From assembly GCA_964057225.1 (NCBI GenBank), contig OZ059896.1:20832001-20896000 (forward strand): a DNA stretch of 64,000 nt, given 5' to 3'. Both the position numbers and the translations under genes were made by a program. Each line of letters opens with the position of its first letter. Position 1 is the first letter of the stretch. This document shows positions 41,901-57,300 of the stretch, piece by piece. The notes beneath the pieces are model-generated. The model ran no database searches and had not been told where the DNA came from. It saw only the letters and a program-made list of their open reading frames with translations. This DNA is from Auanema rhodensis. Its lineage: Eukaryota > Animalia > Nematoda.

Positions 41901-44217
41901 TAAGCTAGCGCAAATCTGATAACACAGATCGACGCAGCTTAAAAATCCGCATCGAATGCACTATACTACATTGAGAAACGCTTGATACAAAAATTAGTTA
42001 TGATCGTTTGAAAAATGATGCATTAGTGTATGTTGAGTTTCCATGTACACTCAACATTGCTTCCAAAAACATTTTGACAAAAATTTTTTCGAAAAATTTC
42101 AAAATAATTTAGCAAGAAGTAGATGTTTTTAGATTCCATTTTTCAAGGCAAAGACGATAGACAATGTTATTCAACGAAAAAATTAATTCTTCAGGGTGAA
42201 AATCGAGGATATATGTGTGAACTTATATCAGTTGATATCTCGGTGCATTTTTAAGCTAGCGCAAATCTGATAACACAGATCAACGCAGCTTAAAAATCCA
42301 CATCGAATGCACTTTACTACATTGAGAAACGCTTGATACAAAAATTAGTTATGATCGTTTGAAAAATGATGCATTAGTGTATGTTGAGTTTCCATGTACA
42401 CTCAACATTGCTTCCAAAAACATTTTGACAAAAATTTTTTCGAAAAATTTCAAAATAATTTAGCAAAAAGTAGATGTTTTTAGATTCCATTTTTCAAGGC
42501 AAAGACGATAGACAATGTTATTCAACGAAAAAATTAATTCTTCAGGGTGAAAATCGAGGATATAAGTGTGAACTTATATCAGTTGATATCTCGGTGCATT
42601 TTTAAGCTAGCGCAAATCTGATAACACAGATCGACGCAGCTTAAAAATCCGCATCGAATGCACTATACTACATTGAGAAACGCTTAATACACAAATTAGT
42701 TATGATCGTTTGAAAAATGATGCATTAGTGTATGTTGAGTTTCCATGTACACTCAACATTGCTTCCAAAAACAGTTTGACAAAAATTTTTTCGAAAAATT
42801 TCAAAATAATTTAGCAAAAAGTAGATGTTTTTAGATTTCTTTTTTCAAGGCAAAGACGATGGACAATGTTATTCAACGAAAAAATTAATTCTTCAGGGTG
42901 AAAATCGAGGATATAAGTGTGAACTTATATCAGTTGATATCTCGGTGCATTTTTAAGCTAGCGCAAATCTGATAACACAGATCGACGCAGCTTAAAAATC
43001 CGCATCGAATGCACTATACTACATCAAGAAACGCTTGATACAAAAATTAGTTATGATCGTTTGAAAAATGATGCATTAGTGTATGTTGAGTTTCCATGTA
43101 CACTCAACATTGCTTCCAAAAACATTTTGACAAAAATTTTTTCGAAAAATTTCAAAATAATTTAGCAAGAAGTAGATGTTTTTAGATTTCTTTTTTCAAG
43201 GCAAAGACGATGGACAATGTTATTCAACGAAAAAATTAATTCTTCAGGGTGAAAATCGAGGATATAAGTGTGAACTTATATCAGTTGATATCTCGGTGCA
43301 TTTTTAAGCTAGCGCAAATCTGATAACACAGATCGACGCAGCTTAAAAATCCGCATCGAATGCACTATACTACATTGAGAAACGCTTGATACAAAAATTA
43401 GTTATGATCGTTTGAAAAATGATGCATTAGTGTATGTTGAGTTTCCATGTACACTCAACATTGCTTCCAAAAACATTTTGACAAAAATTTTTTCGAAAAA
43501 TTTCAAAATAATTTAGCAAGAAGTAGATGTTTTTAGATTCCATTTTTCAAGGCAAAGACGATAGACAATGTTATTCAACGAAAAAATTAATTCTTCAGGG
43601 TGAAAATCGAGGATATAAGTGTGAACTTATATCAGTTGATATCTCGGTGCATTTTTAAGCTAGCGCAAATCTGATAACACAGATCGACGCAGCTTAAAAA
43701 TCCACATCGAATGCACTTTACTACATTGAGAAACGCTTGATACAAAAATTAGTTATGATCGTTTGAAAAATGATGCATTAGTGTATGTTGAGTTTCCATG
43801 TACACTCAACATTGCTTCCAAAAACATTTTGACAAAAATTTTTTCGAAAAATTCCAAAATAATTTAGCAAAAAGTAGATGTTTTTAGATTCCTTTTTTCA
43901 AGGCAAAGACGATGGACAATGTTATTCAACGAAAAAATTAATTCTTCAGGGTGAAAATCGAGGATATAAGTGTGAACTTATATCAGTTGATATCTCGGTG
44001 CATTTCTAAGCTAGCGCAAATCTGATAACACAGATCGACGCAGCTTAAAAATTCGCATCGAATGCACTATACTACATTGAGAAACGCTTGATACAAAAAT
44101 TAGTTATGATCGTTTGAAAAATGATGCATTAGTGTATGTTGAGTTTCCATGTACACTCAACATTGCTTCCAAAAACATTTTGACAAAAATTTTTTCGAAA
44201 AATTTCAAAATAATTTA
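38953..44217 (+). repeat. Duplication with 8-monomer offset (M112-118 ~ M120-126, 2808 bp)
   Basis: G171A occurs only in M113 and M121; T339C in M117/M125; C187T in M118/M126. Confidence 0.88.
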
Positions 44218-47200
44218 GCAAAAAGTAGATGTTTTTAGATTCCATTTTTCAAGGCAAAGACGATAGACAATGTTATTCAACGAAAAAATTAATTCTTCAG
44301 GGTGAAAATCGAGGATATAAGTGTGAACTTATATCAGTTGATATCTCGGTGCATTTTCAAGCTAGCGCAAATCTGATAACACAGATCGACGCAGCTTAAA
44401 AATCCGCATCGAATGCACTATACTACATTGAGAAACGCTTGATACAAAAATTAGTTATGATCGTTTGAAAAATGATGCATTAGTGTATGTTGAGTTTCCA
44501 TGTACACTCAACATTGCTTCCAAAAACATTTTGACAAAAATTTTTTCGAAAAATTTCAAAATAATTTAGCAAAAAGTAGATGTTTTTAGATTCCATTTTT
44601 CAAGGCAAAGACGATAGACAATGTTATTCAACGAAAAAATTAATTCTTCAGGGTGAAAATCAAGGATATAAGTGTGAACTTATATCAGTTGATATCTCGG
44701 TGCATTTTTAAGCTAGCGCAAATCTGATAACACAGATCGACGCAGCTTAAAAATCCACATCGAATGCACTTTACTACATTGAGAAACGCTTGATACAAAA
44801 ATTAGTTATGATCGTTTGAAAAATGATGCATTAGTGTATGTTGAGTTTCCATGTACACTCAACATTGCTTCCAAAAACATTTTGACAAAAATTTTTTCGA
44901 AAAATTCCAAAATAATTTAGCAAAAAGTAGATGTTTTTAGATTCCTTTTTTCAAGGCAAAGACGATGGACAATGTTATTCAACGAAAAAATTAATTCTTC
45001 AGGGTGAAAATCGAGGATATAAGTGTGAACTTATATCAGTTGATATCTCGGTGCATTTCTAAGCTAGCGCAAATCTGATAACACAGATCGACGCAGCTTA
45101 AAAATTCGCATCGAATGCACTATACTACATTGAGAAACGCTTGATACAAAAATTAGTTATGATCGTTTGAAAAATGATGCATTAGTGTATGTTGAGTTTC
45201 CATGTACACTCAACATTGCTTCCAAAAACATTTTGACAAAAATTTTTTCGAAAAATTTCAAAATAATTTAGCAAAAAGTAGATGTTTTTAGATTCCATTT
45301 TTCAAGGCAAAGACGATAGACAATGTTATTCAACGAAAAAATTAATTCTTCAGGGTGAAAATCGAGGATATAAGTGTGAACTTATATCAGTTGATATCTC
45401 GGTGCATTTTCAAGCTAGCGCAAATCTGATAACACAGATCGACGCAGCTTAAAAATCCGCATCGAATGCACTATACTACATTGAGAAACGCTTGATACAA
45501 AAATTAGTTATGATCGTTTGAAAAATGATGCATTAGTGTATGTTGAGTTTCCATGTACACTCAACATTGCTTCCAAAAACATTTTGACAAAAATTTTTTC
45601 GAAAAATTTCAAAATAATTTAGCAAAAAGTAGATGTTTTTAGATTCCATTTTTCAAGGCAAAGACGATAGACAATGTTATTCAACGAAAAAATTAATTCT
45701 TCAGGGTGAAAATCGAGGATATAAGTGTGAACTTATATCAGTTGATATCTCGGTGCATTTTTAAGCTAGCGCAAATCTGATAACACAGATCGACGCAGCT
45801 TAAAAATCCGCATCGAATGCACTATACTACATTGAGAAACGCTTAATACACAAATTAGTTATGATCGTTTGAAAAATGATGCATTAGTGTATGTTGAGTT
45901 TCCATGTACACTCAACATTGCTTCCAAAAACATTTTGACAAAAATTTTTTCGAAAAATTTCAAAATAATTTAGCAAGAAGTAGATGTTTTTAGATTTCTT
46001 TTTTCAAGGCAAAGACGATGGACAATGTTATTCAACGAAAAAATTAATTCTTCAGGGTGAAAATCGAGGATATAAGTGTGAACTTATATCAGTTGATATC
46101 TCGGTGCATTTCTAAGCTAGCGCAAATCTGATAACACAGATCGACGCAGCTTAAAAATCCGCATCGAATGCACTATACTACATTGAGAAACGCTTGATAC
46201 AAAAATTAGTTATGATCGTTTGAAAAATGATGCATTAGTGTATGTTGAGTTTCCATGTACACTCAACATTGCTTCCAAAAACATTTTGACAAAAATTTTT
46301 TCGAAAAATTTCAAAATAATTTAGCAAAAAGTAGATGTTTTTAGATTCCTTTTTTCAAGGCAAAGACGATAGACAATGTTATTCAACGAAAAAATTAATT
46401 CTTCAGGGTGAAAATCGAGGATATAAGTGTGAACTTATATCAGTTGATATCTCGGTGCATTTCTAAGCTAGCGCAAATCTGATAACACAGATCGACGCAG
46501 CTTAAAAATCCGCATCGAATGCACTATACTACATTGAGAAACGCTTGATACAAAAATTAGTTATGATCGTTTGAAAAATGATGCATTAGTGTATGTTGAG
46601 TTTCCATGTACACTCAACATTGCTTCCAAAAACATTTTGACAAAAATTTTTTCGAAAAATTTCAAAATAATTTAGCAAAAAGTAGATGTTTTTAGATTCC
46701 ATTTTTCAAGGCAAAGACGATAGACAATGTTATTCAACGAAAAAATTAATTCTTCAGGGTGAAAATCGAGGATATAAGTGTGAACTTATATCAGTTGATA
46801 TCTCGGTGCATTTTTAAGCTAGCGCAAATCTGATAACACAGATCGACGCAGCTTAAAAATCCGCATCGAATGCACTATACTACATTGAGAAACGCTTAAT
46901 ACACAAATTAGTTATGATCGTTTGAAAAATGATGCATTAGTGTATGTTGAGTTTCCATGTACACTCAACATTGCTTCCAAAAACAGTTTGACAAAAATTT
47001 TTTCGAAAAATTTCAAAATAATTTAGCAAAAAGTAGATGTTTTTAGATTTCTTTTTTCAAGGCAAAGACGATGGACAATGTTATTCAACGAAAAAATTAA
47101 TTCTTCAGGGTGAAAATCGAGGATATAAGTGTGAACTTATATCAGTTGATATCTCGGTGCATTTTCAAGCTAGCGCAAATCTGATAACACAGATCGACGC

Positions 47201-48078
47201 AGCTTAAAAATCCGCATCGAATGCACTATACTACATTGAGAAACGCTTGATACAAAAATTAGTTATGATCGTTTGAAAAATGATGCATTAGTGTATGTTG
47301 AGTTTCCATGTACACTCAACATTGCTTCCAAAAACATTTTGACAAAAATTTTTTCGAAAAATTTCAAAATAATTTAGCAAAAAGTAGATGTTTTTAGATT
47401 CCATTTTTCAAGGCAAAGACGATAGACAATGTTATTCAACAAAAAAATTAATTCTTCAGGGTGAAAATCGAGGATATAAGTGTGAACTTATATCAGTTGA
47501 TATCTCGGTGCATTTTTAAGCTAGCGCAAATCTGATAACACAGATCGACGCAGCTTAAAAATCCGCATCGAATGCACTATACTACATTGAGAAACGCTTA
47601 ATACACAAATTAGTTATGATCGTTTGAAAAATGATGCATTAGTGTATGTTGAGTTTCCATGTACACTCAACATTGCTTCCAAAAACAGTTTGACAAAAAT
47701 TTTTTCGAAAAATTTCAAAATAATTTAGCAAAAAGTAGATGTTTTTAGATTTCTTTTTTCAAGGCAAAGACGATGGACAATGTTATTCAACGAAAAAATT
47801 AATTCTTCAGGGTGAAAATCGAGGATATAAGTGTGAACTTATATCAGTTGATATCTCGGTGCATTTTTAAGCTAGCGCAAATCTGATAACACAGATCGAC
47901 GCAGCTTAAAAATCCGCATCGAATGCACTATACTACATTGAGAAACGCTTGATACAAAAATTAGTTATGATCGTTTGAAAAATGATGCATTAGTGTATGT
48001 TGAGTTTCCATGTACACTCAACATTGCTTCCAAAAACATTTTGACAAAAATTTTTTCGAAAAATTTCAAAATAATTTA

Positions 48079-51000
48079 GCAAGAAGTAGATGTTTTTAGA
48101 TTCCATTTTTCAAGGCAAAGACGATAGACAATGTTATTCAACGAAAAAATTAATTCTTCAGGGTGAAAATCGAGGATATATGTGTGAACTTATATCAGTT
48201 GATATCTCGGTGCATTTTTAAGCTAGCGCAAATCTGATAACACAGATCGACGCAGCTTAAAAATCCACATCGAATGCACTTTACTACATTGAGAAACGCT
48301 TGATACAAAAATTAGTTATGATCGTTTGAAAAATGATGCATTAGTGTATGTTGAGTTTCCATGTACACTCAACATTGCTTCCAAAAACATTTTGACAAAA
48401 ATTTTTTCGAAAAATTTCAAAATAATTTAGCGAAAAGTAGATGTTTTTAGATTCCATTTTTCAAGGCAAAGACGATAGACAATGTTATTCAACGAAAAAA
48501 TTAATTCTTCAGGGTGAAAATCGAGGATATAAGTGTGAACTTATATCAGTTGATATCTCGGTGCATTTTTAAGCTAGCGCAAATCTGATAACACAGATCG
48601 ACGCAGCTTAAAAATCCGCATCGAATGCACTATACTACATTGAGAAACGCTTAATACACAAATTAGTTATGATCGTTTGAAAAATGATGCATTAGTGTAT
48701 GTTGAGTTTCCATGTACACTCAACATTGCTTCCAAAAACAGTTTGACAAAAATTTTTTCGAAAAATTTCAAAATAATTTAGCAAAAAGTAGATGTTTTTA
48801 GATTTCTTTTTTCAAGGCAAAGACGATGGACAATGTTATTCAACGAAAAAATTAATTCTTCAGGGTGAAAATCGAGGATATAAGTGTGAACTTATATCAG
48901 TTGATATCTCGGTGCATTTTTAAGCTAGCGCAAATCTGATAACACAGATCGACGCAGCTTAAAAATCCGCATCGAATGCACTATACTACATCAAGAAACG
49001 CTTGATACAAAAATTAGTTATGATCGTTTGAAAAATGATGCATTAGTGTATGTTGAGTTTCCATGTACACTCAACATTGCTTCCAAAAACATTTTGACAA
49101 AAATTTTTTCGAAAAATTTCAAAATAATTTAGCAAGAAGTAGATGTTTTTAGATTTCTTTTTTCAAGGCAAAGACGATGGACAATGTTATTCAACGAAAA
49201 AATTAATTCTTCAGGGTGAAAATCGAGGATATAAGTGTGAACTTATATCAGTTGATATCTCGGTGCATTTTTAAGCTAGCGCAAATCTGATAACACAGAT
49301 CGACGCAGCTTAAAAATCCGCATCGAATGCACTATACTACATTGAGAAACGCTTGATACAAAAATTAGTTATGATCGTTTGAAAAATGATGCATTAGTGT
49401 ATGTTGAGTTTCCATGTACACTCAACATTGCTTCCAAAAACATTTTGACAAAAATTTTTTCGAAAAATTTCAAAATAATTTAGCAAGAAGTAGATGTTTT
49501 TAGATTCCATTTTTCAAGGCAAAGACGATAGACAATGTTATTCAACGAAAAAATTAATTCTTCAGGGTGAAAATCGAGGATATATGTGTGAACTTATATC
49601 AGTTGATATCTCGGTGCATTTTTAAGCTAGCGCAAATCTGATAACACAGATCGACGCAGCTTAAAAATCCACATCGAATGCACTTTACTACATTGAGAAA
49701 CGCTTGATACAAAAATTAGTTATGATCGTTTGAAAAATGATGCATTAGTGTATGTTGAGTTTCCATGTACACTCAACATTGCTTCCAAAAACATTTTGAC
49801 AAAAATTTTTTCGAAAAATTTCAAAATAATTTAGCAAAAAGTAGATGTTTTTAGATTCCATTTTTCAAGGCAAAGACGATAGACAATGTTATTCAACGAA
49901 AAAATTAATTCTTCAGGGTGAAAATCGAGGATATAAGTGTGAACTTATATCAGTTGATATCTCGGTGCATTTTTAAGCTAGCGCAAATCTGATAACACAG
50001 ATCGACGCAGCTTAAAAATCCGCATCGAATGCACTATACTACATTGAGAAACGCTTAATACACAAATTAGTTATGATCGTTTGAAAAATGATGCATTAGT
50101 GTATGTTGAGTTTCCATGTACACTCAACATTGCTTCCAAAAACAGTTTGACAAAAATTTTTTCGAAAAATTTCAAAATAATTTAGCAAAAAGTAGATGTT
50201 TTTAGATTTCTTTTTTCAAGGCAAAGACGATGGACAATGTTATTCAACGAAAAAATTAATTCTTCAGGGTGAAAATCGAGGATATAAGTGTGAACTTATA
50301 TCAGTTGATATCTCGGTGCATTTTTAAGCTAGCGCAAATCTGATAACACAGATCGACGCAGCTTAAAAATCCGCATCGAATGCACTATACTACATCAAGA
50401 AACGCTTGATACAAAAATTAGTTATGATCGTTTGAAAAATGATGCATTAGTGTATGTTGAGTTTCCATGTACACTCAACATTGCTTCCAAAAACAGTTTG
50501 ACAAAAATTTTTTCGAAAAATTTCAAAATAATTTAGCAAAAAGTAGATGTTTTTAGATTTCTTTTTTCAAGGCAAAGACGATGGACAATGTTATTCAACG
50601 AAAAAATTAATTCTTCAGGGTGAAAATCGAGGATATAAGTGTGAACTTATATCAGTTGATATCTCGGTGCATTTTTAAGCTAGCGCAAATCTGATAACAC
50701 AGATCGACGCAGCTTAAAAATCCGCATCGAATGCACTATACTACATCAAGAAACGCTTGATACAAAAATTAGTTATGATCGTTTGAAAAATGATGCATTA
50801 GTGTATGTTGAGTTTCCATGTACACTCAACATTGCTTCCAAAAACATTTTGACAAAAATTTTTTCGAAAAATTTCAAAATAATTTAGCAAGAAGTAGATG
50901 TTTTTAGATTTCTTTTTTCAAGGCAAAGACGATGGACAATGTTATTCAACGAAAAAATTAATTCTTCAGGGTGAAAATCGAGGATATAAGTGTGAACTTA

Positions 51001-54000
51001 TATCAGTTGATATCTCGGTGCATTTTTAAGCTAGCGCAAATCTGATAACACAGATCGACGCAGCTTAAAAATCCGCATCGAATGCACTATACTACATTGA
51101 GAAACGCTTGATACAAAAATTAGTTATGATCGTTTGAAAAATGATGCATTAGTGTATGTTGAGTTTCCATGTACACTCAACATTGCTTCCAAAAACATTT
51201 TGACAAAAATTTTTTCGAAAAATTTCAAAATAATTTAGCAAGAAGTAGATGTTTTTAGATTCCATTTTTCAAGGCAAAGACGATAGACAATGTTATTCAA
51301 CGAAAAAATTAATTCTTCAGGGTGAAAATCGAGGATATATGTGTGAACTTATATCAGTTGATATCTCGGTGCATTTTTAAGCTAGCGCAAATCTGATAAC
51401 ACAGATCGACGCAGCTTAAAAATCCACATCGAATGCACTTTACTACATTGAGAAACGCTTGATACAAAAATTAGTTATGATCGTTTGAAAAATGATGCAT
51501 TAGTGTATGTTGAGTTTCCATGTACACTCAACATTGCTTCCAAAAACATTTTGACAAAAATTTTTTCGAAAAATTTCAAAATAATTTAGCGAAAAGTAGA
51601 TGTTTTTAGATTCCATTTTTCAAGGCAAAGACGATAGACAATGTTATTCAACGAAAAAATTAATTCTTCAGGGTGAAAATCGAGGATATAAGTGTGAACT
51701 TATATCAGTTGATATCTCGGTGCATTTTTAAGCTAGCGCAAATCTGATAACACAGATCGACGCAGCTTAAAAATCCGCATCGAATGCACTATACTACATT
51801 GAGAAACGCTTAATACACAAATTAGTTATGATCGTTTGAAAAATGATGCATTAGTGTATGTTGAGTTTCCATGTACACTCAACATTGCTTCCAAAAACAG
51901 TTTGACAAAAATTTTTTCGAAAAATTTCAAAATAATTTAGCAAAAAGTAGATGTTTTTAGATTTCTTTTTTCAAGGCAAAGACGATGGACAATGTTATTC
52001 AACGAAAAAATTAATTCTTCAGGGTGAAAATCGAGGATATAAGTGTGAACTTATATCAGTTGATATCTCGGTGCATTTTTAAGCTAGCGCAAATCTGATA
52101 ACACAGATCGACGCAGCTTAAAAATCCGCATCGAATGCACTATACTACATCAAGAAACGCTTGATACAAAAATTAGTTATGATCGTTCGAAAAATGATGC
52201 ATTAGTGTATGTTGAGTTTCCATGTACACTCAACATTGCTTCCAAAAACATTTTGACAAAAATTTTTTCGAAAAATTTCAAAATAATTTAGCAAGAAGTA
52301 GATGTTTTTAGATTTCTTTTTTCAAGGCAAAGACGATGGACAATGTTATTCAACGAAAAAATTAATTCTTCAGGGTGAAAATCGAGGATATAAGTGTGAA
52401 CTTATATCAGTTGATATCTCGGTGCATTTTTAAGCTAGCGCAAATCTGATAACACAGATCGACGCAGCTTAAAAATCCGCATCGAATGCACTATACTACA
52501 TTGAGAAACGCTTGATACAAAAATTAGTTATGATCGTTTGAAAAATGATGCATTAGTGTATGTTGAGTTTCCATGTACACTCAACATTGCTTCCAAAAAC
52601 ATTTTGACAAAAATTTTTTCGAAAAATTTCAAAATAATTTAGCAAGAAGTAGATGTTTTTAGATTCCATTTTTCAAGGCAAAGACGATAGACAATGTTAT
52701 TCAACGAAAAAATTAATTCTTCAGGGTGAAAATCGAGGATATATGTGTGAACTTATATCAGTTGATATCTCGGTGCATTTTTAAGCTAGCGCAAATCTGA
52801 TAACACAGATCGACGCAGCTTAAAAATCCACATCGAATGCACTTTACTACATTGAGAAACGCTTGATACAAAAATTAGTTATGATCGTTTGAAAAATGAT
52901 GCATTAGTGTATGTTGAGTTTCCATGTACACTCAACATTGCTTCCAAAAACATTTTGACAAAAATTTTTTCGAAAAATTTCAAAATAATTTAGCAAAAAG
53001 TAGATGTTTTTAGATTCCATTTTTCAAGGCAAAGACGATAGACAATGTTATTCAACGAAAAAATTAATTCTTCAGGGTGAAAATCGAGGATATAAGTGTG
53101 AACTTATATCAGTTGATATCTCGGTGCATTTTTAAGCTAGCGCAAATCTGATAACACAGATCGACGCAGCTTAAAAATCCGCATCGAATGCACTATACTA
53201 CATTGAGAAACGCTTAATACACAAATTAGTTATGATCGTTTGAAAAATGATGCATTAGTGTATGTTGAGTTTCCATGTACACTCAACATTGCTTCCAAAA
53301 ACAGTTTGACAAAAATTTTTTCGAAAAATTTCAAAATAATTTAGCAAAAAGTAGATGTTTTTAGATTTCTTTTTTCAAGGCAAAGACGATGGACAATGTT
53401 ATTCAACGAAAAAATTAATTCTTCAGGGTGAAAATCGAGGATATAAGTGTGAACTTATATCAGTTGATATCTCGGTGCATTTTTAAGCTAGCGCAAATCT
53501 GATAACACAGATCGACGCAGCTTAAAAATCCGCATCGAATGCACTATACTACATCAAGAAACGCTTGATACAAAAATTAGTTATGATCGTTTGAAAAATG
53601 ATGCATTAGTGTATGTTGAGTTTCCATGTACACTCAACATTGCTTCCAAAAACAGTTTGACAAAAATTTTTTCGAAAAATTTCAAAATAATTTAGCAAAA
53701 AGTAGATGTTTTTAGATTTCTTTTTTCAAGGCAAAGACGATGGACAATGTTATTCAACGAAAAAATTAATTCTTCAGGGTGAAAATCGAGGATATAAGTG
53801 TGAACTTATATCAGTTGATATCTCGGTGCATTTTTAAGCTAGCGCAAATCTGATAACACAGATCGACGCAGCTTAAAAATCCGCATCGAATGCACTATAC
53901 TACATCAAGAAACGCTTGATACAAAAATTAGTTATGATCGTTTGAAAAATGATGCATTAGTGTATGTTGAGTTTCCATGTACACTCAACATTGCTTCCAA

Positions 54001-54396
54001 AAACATTTTGACAAAAATTTTTTCGAAAAATTTCAAAATAATTTAGCAAGAAGTAGATGTTTTTAGATTTCTTTTTTCAAGGCAAAGACGATGGACAATG
54101 TTATTCAACGAAAAAATTAATTCTTCAGGGTGAAAATCGAGGATATAAGTGTGAACTTATATCAGTTGATATCTCGGTGCATTTTTAAGCTAGCGCAAAT
54201 CTGATAACACAGATCGACGCAGCTTAAAAATCCGCATCGAATGCACTATACTACATTGAGAAACGCTTGATACAAAAATTAGTTATGATCGTTTGAAAAA
54301 TGATGCATTAGTGTATGTTGAGTTTCCATGTACACTCAACATTGCTTCCAAAAACATTTTGACAAAAATTTTTTCGAAAAATTTCAAAATAATTTA
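48079..54396 (+). repeat. Near-perfect 9-mer tandem duplication (M138-146 = M147-155, period 3159 bp)
   Basis: Variant order is identical, including A3G at M139/M148 and the TG>CA + T313G monomer at M144/M153. The only difference I saw is T>C at 52188. Confidence 0.9.
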
Positions 54397-57300
54397 GCAA
54401 GAAGTAGATGTTTTTAGATTCCATTTTTCAAGGCAAAGACGATAGACAATGTTATTCAACGAAAAAATTAATTCTTCAGGGTGAAAATCGAGGATATAAG
54501 TGTGAACTTATATCAGTTGATATCTCGGTGCATTTTTAAGCTAGCGCAAATCTGATAACACAGATCGACGCAGCTTAAAAATCCACATCGAATGCACTTT
54601 ACTACATTGAGAAACGCTTGATACAAAAATTAGTTATGATCGTTTGAAAAATGATGCATTAGTGTATGTTGAGTTTCCATGTACACTCAACATTGCTTCC
54701 AAAAACATTTTGACAAAAATTTTTTCGAAAAATTCCAAAATAATTTAGCAAAAAGTAGATGTTTTTAGATTCCTTTTTTCAAGGCAAAGACGATGGACAA
54801 TGTTATTCAACGAAAAAATTAATTCTTCAGGGTGAAAATCGAGGATATAAGTGTGAACTTATATCAGTTGATATCTCGGTGCATTTCTAAGCTAGCGCAA
54901 ATCTGATAACACAGATCGACGCAGCTTAAAAATTCGCATCGAATGCACTATACTACATTGAGAAACGCTTGATACAAAAATTAGTTATGATCGTTTGAAA
55001 AATGATGCATTAGTGTATGTTGAGTTTCCATGTACACTCAACATTGCTTCCAAAAACATTTTGACAAAAATTTTTTCGAAAAATTTCAAAATAATTTAGC
55101 AAAAAGTAGATGTTTTTAGATTCCATTTTTCAAGGCAAAGACGATAGACAATGTTATTCAACGAAAAAATTAATTCTTCAGGGTGAAAATCGAGGATATA
55201 AGTGTGAACTTATATCAGTTGATATCTCGGTGCATTTTCAAGCTAGCGCAAATCTGATAACACAGATCGACGCAGCTTAAAAATCCGCATCGAATGCACT
55301 ATACTACATTGAGAAACGCTTGATACAAAAATTAGTTATGATCGTTTGAAAAATGATGCATTAGTGTATGTTGAGTTTCCATGTACACTCAACATTGCTT
55401 CCAAAAACATTTTGACAAAAATTTTTTCGAAAAATTTCAAAATAATTTAGCAAAAAGTAGATGTTTTTAGATTCCATTTTTCAAGGCAAAGACGATAGAC
55501 AATGTTATTCAACGAAAAAATTAATTCTTCAGGGTGAAAATCGAGGATATAAGTGTGAACTTATATCAGTTGATATCTCGGTGCATTTTTAAGCTAGCGC
55601 AAATCTGATAACACAGATCGACGCAGCTTAAAAATCCGCATCGAATGCACTATACTACATTGAGAAACGCTTAATACACAAATTAGTTATGATCGTTTGA
55701 AAAATGATGCATTAGTGTATGTTGAGTTTCCATGTACACTCAACATTGCTTCCAAAAACATTTTGACAAAAATTTTTTCGAAAAATTTCAAAATAATTTA
55801 GCAAGAAGTAGATGTTTTTAGATTTCTTTTTTCAAGGCAAAGACGATGGACAATGTTATTCAACGAAAAAATTAATTCTTCAGGGTGAAAATCGAGGATA
55901 TAAGTGTGAACTTATATCAGTTGATATCTCGGTGCATTTCTAAGCTAGCGCAAATCTGATAACACAGATCGACGCAGCTTAAAAATCCGCATCGAATGCA
56001 CTATACTACATTGAGAAACGCTTGATACAAAAATTAGTTATGATCGTTTGAAAAATGATGCATTAGTGTATGTTGAGTTTCCATGTACACTCAACATTGC
56101 TTCCAAAAACATTTTGACAAAAATTTTTTCGAAAAATTTCGAAATAATTTAGCAAAAAGTAGATGTTTTTAGATTCCATTTCTCAAGGCAAAGACGATAG
56201 ACAATGTTATTCAACGAAAAAATTAATTCTTCAGGGTGAAAATCGAGGATATAAGTGTGAACTTATATCAGTTGATATCTCGGTGCATTTCTAAGCTAGC
56301 GCAAATCTGATAACACAGATCGACGCAGCTTAAAAATCCGCATCGAATGCACTATACTACATTGAGAAACGCTTGATACAAAAATTAGTTATGATCGTTT
56401 GAAAAATGATGCATTAGTGTATGTTGAGTTTCCATGTACACTCAACATTGCTTCCAAAAACATTTTGACAAAAATTTTTTCGAAAAATTTCAAAATAATT
56501 TAGCAAAAAGTAGATGTTTTTAGATTCCATTTTTCAAGGCAAAGACGATAGACAATGTTATTCAACGAAAAAATTAATTCTTCAGGGTGAAAATCGAGGA
56601 TATAAGTGTAAACTTATATCAGTTGATATCTCGGTGCATTTTCAAGCTAGCGCAAATCTGATAACACAGATCGACGCAGCTTAAAAATCCGCATCGAATG
56701 CACTATACTACATTGAGAAACGCTTAATACACAAATTAGTTATGATCGTTTGAAAAATGATGCATTAGTGTATGTTGAGTTTCCATGTACACTCAACATT
56801 GCTTCCAAAAACATTTTGACAAAAATTTTTTCGAAAAATTTCAAAATAATTTAGCAAGAAGTAGATGTTTTTAGATTTCTTTTTTCAAGGCAAAGACGAT
56901 GGACAATGTTATTCAACGAAAAAATTAATTCTTCAGGGTGAAAATCGAGGATATAAGTGTGAACTTATATCAGTTGATATCTCGGTGCATTTCTAAGCTA
57001 GCGCAAATCTGATAACACAGATCGACGCAGCTTAAAAATCCGCATCGAATGCACTATACTACATTGAGAAACGCTTGATACAAAAATTAGTTATGATCGT
57101 TTGAAAAATGATGCATTAGTGTATGTTGAGTTTCCATGTACACTCAACATTGCTTCCAAAAACATTTTGACAAAAATTTTTTCGAAAAATTTCGAAATAA
57201 TTTAGCAAAAAGTAGATGTTTTTAGATTCCATTTCTCAAGGCAAAGACGATAGACAATGTTATTCAACGAAAAAATTAATTCTTCAGGGTGAAAATCGAG

